Shown here piece by piece: positions 1-6,210 of a stretch of DNA of 38,669 nucleotides. Source of the DNA: Candidatus Aenigmatarchaeota archaeon (lineage in GTDB: Archaea > Aenigmatarchaeota > Aenigmatarchaeia > CG10238-14 > SCSR01); assembly GCA_038998625.1 (NCBI GenBank), contig JAWADS010000005.1, forward strand, positions 1 through 38,669, read 5' to 3'. The notes under the pieces are model-generated. The model was not told the DNA's origin, did no database searches, and saw only the letters and a program-made list of their open reading frames with translations. Numbering within the stretch: position 1 is the first letter of the stretch; each line of letters starts with the position of its first letter. A program made the translations under genes and the position numbers.

Positions 1-510
1 TAAAGTTGCTCCACCTTCTACTGCTGCTGCAGTGAAAATTGGAGATTGAAATTCTTTATACCCATGGCTAATAAACCATTCTCTAATTAATTGAATGACT
101 CTAGATCTTATGGTAAGAATTAATTGCATTTTTCTACTTCTAAGATAAAGGTGGCGATGATCTAAAAGAAAATCTGGTCCATGATATTTTTTTGCTATGG
201 GATAATCTTCCTTCGCTTTATGTAAAACTTTTACTGATTCTACTACAAGTTCGTAGCCATAAGGTGCCCTTTTATCTCTTTTAGAAGTACCATAAATTTC
301 AACCACAGACTCTACAGGTAATTTTTCTAATTCTTCAAAGTCTTTCATTAAATTTTTTCTTAATGTGCATTGGATTATGCCACTACCATCTCTAACCAAC
401 CAAAATAAAATTCCACCTGAGCTACGCTTGTGATGAAGCCAGCCACGTATAGAAAACTTCCCTTCCCTTCCTTTTATTATTTCTGAGATTTCCGCGAACA
501 TAGTTATCAT
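1..510 (-). CDS. asnS: Asparaginyl-tRNA synthetase, 5' part (runs off window start)
   Basis: Manual translation: MITMFAEISEIIKGREGKFSIRGWLHHKRSSGGILFWLVRDGSGIIQCT...HGPDFLLDHRHLYLRS...FQSPIFTAAAVEGGATL. This is an OB-fold anticodon domain plus class IIb motif 1; the HGxDFLLDxRHL and EGGATLF-type segments are AsnRS-like. Alternative ATG at 501. Confidence 0.9.
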   Translation of the reverse strand, partial: MITMFAEISEIIKGREGKFSIRGWLHHKRSSGGILFWLVRDGSGIIQCTLRKNLMKDFEELEKLPVESVVEIYGTSKRDKRAPYGYELVVESVKVLHKAKEDYPIAKKYHGPDFLLDHRHLYLRSRKMQLILTIRSRVIQLIREWFISHGYKEFQSPIFTAAAVEGGATL

Positions 511-536
511 CTATTTTCTTTTTTAAAAATAAATGA

Positions 537-608
537 CTGCGGCGGGGAGAATCGAACTCCCTCCTCCCGGGTAACAGCCGGGCATGCCACCATTAGCACC
601 TCGCCGCT
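537..608 (-). ncRNA. Aberrant tRNA-like element with GUU (Asn) anticodon in the asnS leader
   Basis: AGCGGCG AG GTGC TAATGGTG GCAT G CCCGG CTGTTAC CCGGG AGGA GGGAG TTCGATT CTCCC CGCCGCA G: full cloverleaf, but with an A1:A72 mismatch, A at position 8 and C38. Confidence 0.8.
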
Positions 609-687
609 ATGCTTTTTGGAGAAAAAAACTGGTAGAAAATAGAGATAAAAGATGTAGCGGAAGAGATAAACAAAAATTGAATGAGTT

Positions 688-720
688 TTAATTTGTATTA
701 TTTTGTAAATCGCCCTTCAC
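688..720 (-). CDS. Putative Asn-rich leader peptide (uORF) MKGDLQNNTN
   Basis: GTG start preceded by AGGGAGAAAA, nearly the same RBS as the PRC gene (GAGGGAGAAA-ATG); 3 of the last 4 codons are AAT. Confidence 0.4.
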   Translation of the reverse strand: MKGDLQNNTN

Positions 721-754
721 TTTTCTCCCTTAAATTTATTATGAAAAAAATAAA

Positions 755-768
755 TTTATAAACTTTAA
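755..768 (-). promoter_or_regulatory. Putative BRE/TATA for the uORF-tRNA-like-asnS transcript
   Basis: TTAAAG-TTTATAAA on the minus strand, about 30 nt upstream of the uORF RBS. The TATA is palindromic and the region is AT-rich. Confidence 0.4.
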
Positions 769-954
769 CTTTTCTGACTGGGAAAATTTGTTGATAAACA
801 ATTATTTTCTTTTAAAATTTCAGCAAAATTCGAGATGAAATTAATTTTGAATGAAATTTTTAAGAAAATTTCCTCAAAATTTGCAAAAAATATTCACAAG
901 AAAATATATTTTACAAACAAGAAAATCCTTTTTATATACTTTTTGAAAAAAATA

Positions 955-1103
955 TTACGGGTTTTCGATAAATTACGGGTTTAAACTTTAATAACTGCGA
1001 GCTATAAACGGGTTTTCGTTTTAGGTACGGGTTTTTCTATTTAACAATTTTCTGCTTCTCTTAAAAATAAATTCATCGGACCCTTATAAAAGGGTTTTCG
1101 ATG
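955..1103 (+). repeat. Five direct copies of an ACGGGTTT(TCG) motif upstream of ftsZ
   Basis: ACGGGTTT at 957, 975, 1008 and 1027, plus AAGGGTTTTCGAT at 1090 abutting a TATA-like TTATAAAA (1084-1091). Confidence 0.75.
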
Positions 1104-1141
1104 AGAAAAAATATATTTTCGAGAATATAGGAGGATGAAAA

Positions 1142-2290
1142 ATGGAAAGCATTGTGAAGAGCGCTCTGAATAGAGCTTTGGGTGCTGAATCTCCTACTAC
1201 TAGGTTTAAATTGGAATCCACTAGTGGAGCAACATTTTCTAATGTTGATTACTATAAGTTAGCTGAGCAAGAGTTCGGATTTTCGGTAAAGAAAGCAAAA
1301 ATCGCGGTAGTCGGATGTGGAGGGGCTGGACAGAATACAGTAACAAGATTAACAGAGATGGGTATCGAAGGAGCTATAACCGTTGCTCTTAATACCGATG
1401 CCAAGCATCTCGCAGTGGGCAAAGCCGACAAAAAAATTCTTATTGGTAAAGAACTAACCCGTGGGCTAGGTGCAGGAGGTTATCCAGAAGTTGGTAGAAA
1501 AGCTGCAGAAGAATCTAGAAATGAGATAAAAGAAGTTCTAGAAGGGGTAGACCTACTTTTTGCTATAGCTGGATTAGGAAAAGGGACAGGCACAGGAAGC
1601 ATTCCGGTAGTTTGTGAAATAGCAAAATCCATGGGGGCCATTGTAATTGCAGTAGTAGAGATGCCTTTTAAAGTTGAGGGAGCGAGGGTAAGCAAAGCAG
1701 AAGATGGACTGATGGCTTTGCGACAAGTAGCGGATACAGTTATTGTAATAGAAAATGATAAGCTTTTGAAATATGCTGGTAATCTTTCTATACAACAGGC
1801 TTTTGCTGTGGCCGATGAGCTAATTGCTAGCATGGTCAAGGGAATTACTGAAACCATTACTCTACCGAGCTTAGTGAACCTAGATTATGCAGATGTAAAG
1901 GCTCTAATGCACACGGGTGGCGTAGCGGCTATAGGAGTGGGTGAAAGTAATAGTAGCGATAGAGCTAGGGATGCAATTACAAAGGCTTTAATGAATCCAT
2001 TGCTAGAAGTGGACTATACAGGAGCTACAGGCGCACTAGTTCACATAACTGGTGGACCTGATTTGAAATTAGATGAAGTAAATCTCATTGGTGAAACAGT
2101 TTCTCAGCACTTAGATCCTTCAGCAACAGTTTTTTGGGGAGCTAGAATTTTGCCAGAATTTGAAGGAAAAGTTCAGGTTATAGTGATAGTTACAGGAGTA
2201 AAGTCACCTTACATCTTGGGGCCAGTGAGCTATGAAAAACCTGTAGTAAGGGAGATCAGCCAAACTTTGGGAATCGACATAATTCGATAA
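1142..2290 (+). CDS. ftsZ: Cell division protein FtsZ (FtsZ2-like N-terminus)
   Basis: GCGGAGQN, NTD, TRGLGAGG, G(K)GTGTG signature, T7 loop NLDYADV; SD GGAGG. Confidence 0.97.
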   Translation: MESIVKSALNRALGAESPTTRFKLESTSGATFSNVDYYKLAEQEFGFSVKKAKIAVVGCGGAGQNTVTRLTEMGIEGAITVALNTDAKHLAVGKADKKILIGKELTRGLGAGGYPEVGRKAAEESRNEIKEVLEGVDLLFAIAGLGKGTGTGSIPVVCEIAKSMGAIVIAVVEMPFKVEGARVSKAEDGLMALRQVADTVIVIENDKLLKYAGNLSIQQAFAVADELIASMVKGITETITLPSLVNLDYADVKALMHTGGVAAIGVGESNSSDRARDAITKALMNPLLEVDYTGATGALVHITGGPDLKLDEVNLIGETVSQHLDPSATVFWGARILPEFEGKVQVIVIVTGVKSPYILGPVSYEKPVVREISQTLGIDIIR

Positions 2291-2350
2291 TGTCGGTTCC
2301 GCCCTTTTAGAATTTTTTTATTTTTTAAAAAGGAGAGGGGAAGGAGGAAG

Positions 2351-2446
2351 ATGGAAGAAGAGTTTGAAGCAGGATTAGGGGAGAGGGAAGATGATGTTTT
2401 TGATCCCTTCATGGATGATTTCGAAGAAGATGAAGATTTGTTCTGA
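2351..2446 (+). CDS. 31-aa acidic microprotein (MEEEFEAGLGEREDDVFDPFMDDFEEDEDLF)
   Basis: Strong SD AAGGAGG before the ATG, purine-rich coding-like composition and a downstream T-tract; absent from the ORF track. Confidence 0.6.
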   Translation: MEEEFEAGLGEREDDVFDPFMDDFEEDEDLF

Positions 2447-2484
2447 TTTCTTTTTTTAAATTTTTTGATTTTTGTGTGGGTTAT

Positions 2485-2609
2485 AAATATTTACTGAAAA
2501 ATATATATTCAAAAATATATTTTTAAATATATATTTTGTTAAAAATATTTCATAAAAAATATTTCGTAAAATATATTTCTAAGAATATAATTCACAACAA
2601 AATTTAATT
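2485..2609. repeat. Array of ~9 quasi-palindromic AAAATAT(AT)TTT units, ~14-bp period
   Basis: Units start at about 2485, 2497, 2511, 2525, 2541, 2554, 2568, 2582 and 2599. Confidence 0.6.
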
Positions 2610-2616
2610 CAACAAT

Positions 2617-2928
2617 TCACTTTTTGCTAACCACTGGCATTTCTTCTTCGGTTTCCACAGTTTCTTCCGGCAAGCCTGCAACAATTTTGTGATTTATGAT
2701 TACTATGTCCCCTATAGCCTGAACAACAGTATAAGGAACAACAATTCCCTTTTTACCCCCCACCATTTTTCCTAACAAAGAACCCTTTACAGCTTCTATA
2801 ACTAAAGACCTTATCTTATATCTCGAAAGATCAAAATCAAGGTCAACAACCTTCCCACAATAAAATCCTTTGCTTGTAAAAACATCCTTACCAAACATCT
2901 CTGCAACATCTTTTGTTGTTATGGGCAT
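2617..2928 (-). CDS. PRC-barrel domain protein (CdpB-like cell division candidate)
   Basis: MFGKDVFTSKGFYCGKVVDL...IVVPYTVVQAIGDIVII PRC-barrel pattern with an acidic tail; adjacent to ftsZ. Confidence 0.85.
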   Translation of the reverse strand: MPITTKDVAEMFGKDVFTSKGFYCGKVVDLDFDLSRYKIRSLVIEAVKGSLLGKMVGGKKGIVVPYTVVQAIGDIVIINHKIVAGLPEETVETEEEMPVVSKK

Positions 2929-3030
2929 TTTCTCCCTCTAATAATTTTAATAATTATATGTGAAACATAATTTAAATTGTTTTCTTTTTTAAATAAAAAT
3001 AAAATTTATAAAACACATTTAATAAATTGG

Positions 3031-3129
3031 GCTGGAGTGGCCGAACCTGGTTAAGGCGCCAGATTATAAAGGCGAATCTGCTAAGCTGGTGGGCTTTTGC
3101 CCTTCGGGGTTCAAATCCCCGCTCCAGCG
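3031..3129 (+). tRNA. tRNA-Ser(GCT) with 14-nt intron at position 30/31 (3063-3076)
   Basis: Acceptor GCTGGAG/CTCCAGC, G73, long variable arm; BHB CGCC-AG^A...GGCG-AA^T; spliced arm CCAGT-CTGCTAA-GCTGG. Confidence 0.92.
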
Positions 3130-3153
3130 CTAAAGGAAATAAATTTTAAATTT

Positions 3154-3615
3154 TTATAGCGATTTCAGAAAATCCAAGACTTGCTTTGCATGATTTTTTA
3201 CATCAACTTTATCAAAAATTTTTATTATTTTTCCTTTCTCATCTATCAGGAAGCTAACTCTCTTAGTTCCCATAAATTTTTTACCCATAAAAGATTTTTC
3301 TCCATACACTCCATATTTCTTCACAACTTTTTTATCAAAATCTGATAATAAGTTATAAGGCAATTTTAGCTTTTCAGAAAATTTTCTATGCGCATGGCAA
3401 TTATCAGTACTAATTCCTAAAACTTCTATATTAGCTTTTTTCAATTCTTGATAACTGTCTCTAAGGTTCACATTCTCTAACGTACAACCTGGGGTAAAAT
3501 CTTTAGGATAAAAGAAAATCAATACCTTTTTCCCCTTGAAATCAGACAGCTTAACTTTCTCATTATTTTGATTTAATAAAGTAAAATCTGGAGCCCTCTG
3601 ATTCTCTTTTAACAT
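3154..3615 (-). CDS. bcp: Peroxiredoxin Bcp/PrxQ
   Basis: APDFTL, FYPKDFTPGCT peroxidatic motif, R.SFLID..G.I. Confidence 0.95.
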   Translation of the reverse strand: MLKENQRAPDFTLLNQNNEKVKLSDFKGKKVLIFFYPKDFTPGCTLENVNLRDSYQELKKANIEVLGISTDNCHAHRKFSEKLKLPYNLLSDFDKKVVKKYGVYGEKSFMGKKFMGTKRVSFLIDEKGKIIKIFDKVDVKNHAKQVLDFLKSL

Positions 3616-3636
3616 TTTATCGCCATATTATTATTA

Positions 3637-4152
3637 ATGATCCCCGATATTTTTTACCTTTTACTAGGAATAATTTTTGTCTATTATATTATACAGCTAA
3701 TGAGAGATGAGGCAATTTTTATTCCATTACCAAAAAATACTATAAGAAAAATGTTGAAATTGGCGAAAGTTAAGAAAAATGATGTTTTATATGATTTGGG
3801 CTCGGGGGACGGAAGAGTATTAATTTTGGCTACCAAAGAATTTGGTTGTAAAGCGATTGGAATAGAAAAGAATTTTTTACTTTATCTAATTTCAAAGATT
3901 CGAATAAAAAGGGAAAATTTAACAAATAAAATAAAAGTCGTGCACGGGGATTTTTTCAAGGAGAGGCTATCACAAGCAGATGTGATTTTTATGTATCTTT
4001 CTAAAAAAATTGCTAATAAGCTAAAATTAAAATTTAGAAAAGAATTAAAGAGAGGGGCACGCATAGTTACAGCAGATCATAAAATAGAAGGCTGGCAAGA
4101 AATTAAAAAAATAAAAACAGGGCATTTTTATTCTTATTTATATAAAGTTTGA
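3637..4152 (+). CDS. Class I SAM-dependent methyltransferase with N-terminal TM helix (protein-lysine MTase-like)
   Basis: LYDLGSGDGR motif I, GIEKN, GDFF, ADVIFMYL. Confidence 0.85.
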   Translation: MIPDIFYLLLGIIFVYYIIQLMRDEAIFIPLPKNTIRKMLKLAKVKKNDVLYDLGSGDGRVLILATKEFGCKAIGIEKNFLLYLISKIRIKRENLTNKIKVVHGDFFKERLSQADVIFMYLSKKIANKLKLKFRKELKRGARIVTADHKIEGWQEIKKIKTGHFYSYLYKV

Positions 4153-4162
4153 ATAAAAAATG

Positions 4163-4246
4163 GGGTCCGTAGTCTAGCGGTTAGGACACCGCCTTGACGT
4201 TGAGAGCAAAATGGCGGAAGCCCCGGTTCAAATCCGGGCGGACCCA
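4163..4246 (+). tRNA. tRNA-Val(GAC) with ~12-nt intron at canonical 37/38 (4200-4211)
   Basis: GGGTCCG/CGGACCC acceptor, A73, CCGCC/GGCGG anticodon stem, T-arm CCCGG-TTCAAAT-CCGGG; imperfect BHB. Confidence 0.9.
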
Positions 4247-4255
4247 TATAATTTT

Positions 4256-4888
4256 TTAAAAATTGAAAATTTTATCAATCAATTTTTTTATTCTTTTGAA
4301 AATTTCGTCTTCACTTCTATTTCCATCAACAATCTCTATTTTCCTACCTTTTTCTTTAAGCTTCCTAGAAATTTTTTTATAATTAACTACCAACTTTTTT
4401 CTAAATTCTTTCATTTCAGGTTTTTCAAAAACAGCTCTAAATTTTCTTTTTGCTTTTCTTCGCCTTTTTTCAAGATTTTCTGGTTTCACATCAATAACTA
4501 TTGTCAAATCTGGCTGAATTATACCTTTATGAAGTTTTAATAAACTATCTAAGGGCATACCTTGAGTATGTTGATAGGCTAAGGTGGATAAATCATATCT
4601 ATCTGATATAACATTAATACCCTTTTTTAATACAGGTTTAATTATTTTTTTTATATGATAAAACCTATCCTTGACAAAAAGTTCTGTTAATTTTTCTTTA
4701 TTTTGGTAAACATCTTTGCTTTTTTCTAAAATTTCTCTAATTTTCGAGCTAAAGGGTGAAATTTTTGTAGGTTCATGAGTTATTAAAAGGTGATGGCCCT
4801 TACTCAGCAAATAATTTGCAATTCTTTGAACTTGTGTTGTTTTGCCTGAAAAGTCAGGCCCCTCAACAACAAGAAATTTCCCTTGCAC
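4256..4888 (-). CDS. tmk: Thymidylate kinase
   Basis: EGPDFSGKTTQ P-loop, THEP, SDRY.STLAYQ, PDLTI. Confidence 0.95.
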   Translation of the reverse strand: MQGKFLVVEGPDFSGKTTQVQRIANYLLSKGHHLLITHEPTKISPFSSKIREILEKSKDVYQNKEKLTELFVKDRFYHIKKIIKPVLKKGINVISDRYDLSTLAYQHTQGMPLDSLLKLHKGIIQPDLTIVIDVKPENLEKRRRKAKRKFRAVFEKPEMKEFRKKLVVNYKKISRKLKEKGRKIEIVDGNRSEDEIFKRIKKLIDKIFNF

Positions 4889-4951
4889 TTTGAAAAAGTG
4901 TATTTTTAATTACTTAAATTTTTATTTTCTCCAATTTCGAATTTTATCTAT

Positions 4952-6199
4952 ATGGTAGAACATCTCCTTCTTTTTCAAAAAATTCTCTTATCTCTAGCTA
5001 TAGGAGCTTTAATTGGATTGGAGAGGGAAAGAAGAGCAAGGGGGAGAGAATTTTTTGCTGGAGTAAGAACTTTTATGCTTGTAGCTTTGTTTGGTCTTTT
5101 ATCGGGTTTTTTATCACAGTTGATTGAAAATTTTTTGCCTATTTATATTGGCCTGTTTGGAATTATTGGATTCGCTATGGCGAGCTATTTAATAGAATAT
5201 TCTAGAATTAAAGTAGTGGGCATGACAACTGAAATTGCTTTTATCATAACTTATTTAATCGGAATTCTATTGTTTTTTGAAAATCTTCCATATTTTTTAT
5301 CCATATCCCTCGGGATTTTGTTAACTTTAATATTAATCTCTAAAGAATCTTTACACAAGTTTGCTAGACATTTAACAAAAAAAGAGCTTCGGGATGCAGT
5401 TATTTTTGCTGTGATATCTTTTGTTATTTTGCCTATTTTACCAGATAGAACTATTGACCCCTTCCACATCCTTAACCCTTTTATTATTTGGTTAAGCTTA
5501 GTTTTTGTTTTATCTATTAGTTTCTTTGCTTATGCCGCTATGAGAATTTTTGGCGCTAAAAAAGGCTTAGAGCTTACCGGCATCTTTGGAGGTCTTGCTA
5601 CTTCTACAGGCGTTGCTGTAAACATGGCTGAGAAAGTTGCTTTAAACAAAAAAATTCTCTATTCAGCTACTTTCGCCATAGTAATCGCGGGGTCAGTGAT
5701 GTTTATTAGACAATGGATTGTAGCCAGTTTTTTTAATTCAGATATTTTAAATTATTTTCTACCTTTTAGTATTTTGTCATTAACAGGCATTTTGTTAAGT
5801 TTAATTCCCCTCAAGAAAAGTGAAAAGGAAAGGGCTGAAATAGAGCTAGGCTCGCCTTTAGCTTTAAGGCCAGCTTTGAAATTCATCTTATTTTTTATCT
5901 TAATCTACTTCATTTCTCATTTAATTCGAGACAAATTTGGCTTCCTTGGGTTGTATACCATTGCTTTAATCGCAGGCTTAGTTGAAGTAGATGCAATAAC
6001 AATTTCTTTAGTTACAATGGGCATAAATCCTTTCATAGCTGCCAATGGAATGATTTTTGCGGGTCTATCTAACACTTTTTCGAAATGGTTTTTAGTGAAT
6101 TGGTTGGGTACAAAAGAGATTAGTAGAGAAGTAGGAAAATTTTTTGCAGTTTTAATTCTTATTGGTTTTTTCCTTTTATATCTGTTAAATGTTTTTTAA
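4952..6199 (+). CDS. MgtC/SapB + DUF4010 membrane protein
   Basis: GALIGLERE...AGVRTF, GMTTE, LPILPD...LNP, GGLATST, GLVEVDAI. Confidence 0.9.
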   Translation: MVEHLLLFQKILLSLAIGALIGLERERRARGREFFAGVRTFMLVALFGLLSGFLSQLIENFLPIYIGLFGIIGFAMASYLIEYSRIKVVGMTTEIAFIITYLIGILLFFENLPYFLSISLGILLTLILISKESLHKFARHLTKKELRDAVIFAVISFVILPILPDRTIDPFHILNPFIIWLSLVFVLSISFFAYAAMRIFGAKKGLELTGIFGGLATSTGVAVNMAEKVALNKKILYSATFAIVIAGSVMFIRQWIVASFFNSDILNYFLPFSILSLTGILLSLIPLKKSEKERAEIELGSPLALRPALKFILFFILIYFISHLIRDKFGFLGLYTIALIAGLVEVDAITISLVTMGINPFIAANGMIFAGLSNTFSKWFLVNWLGTKEISREVGKFFAVLILIGFFLLYLLNVF

Positions 6200-6210
6200 G
6201 GCCATTTCAG

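Noticed and set aside
4211..4540. 109-aa plus-strand ORF
   Set aside because: It starts inside tRNA-Val and is antisense to tmk; a shadow ORF.
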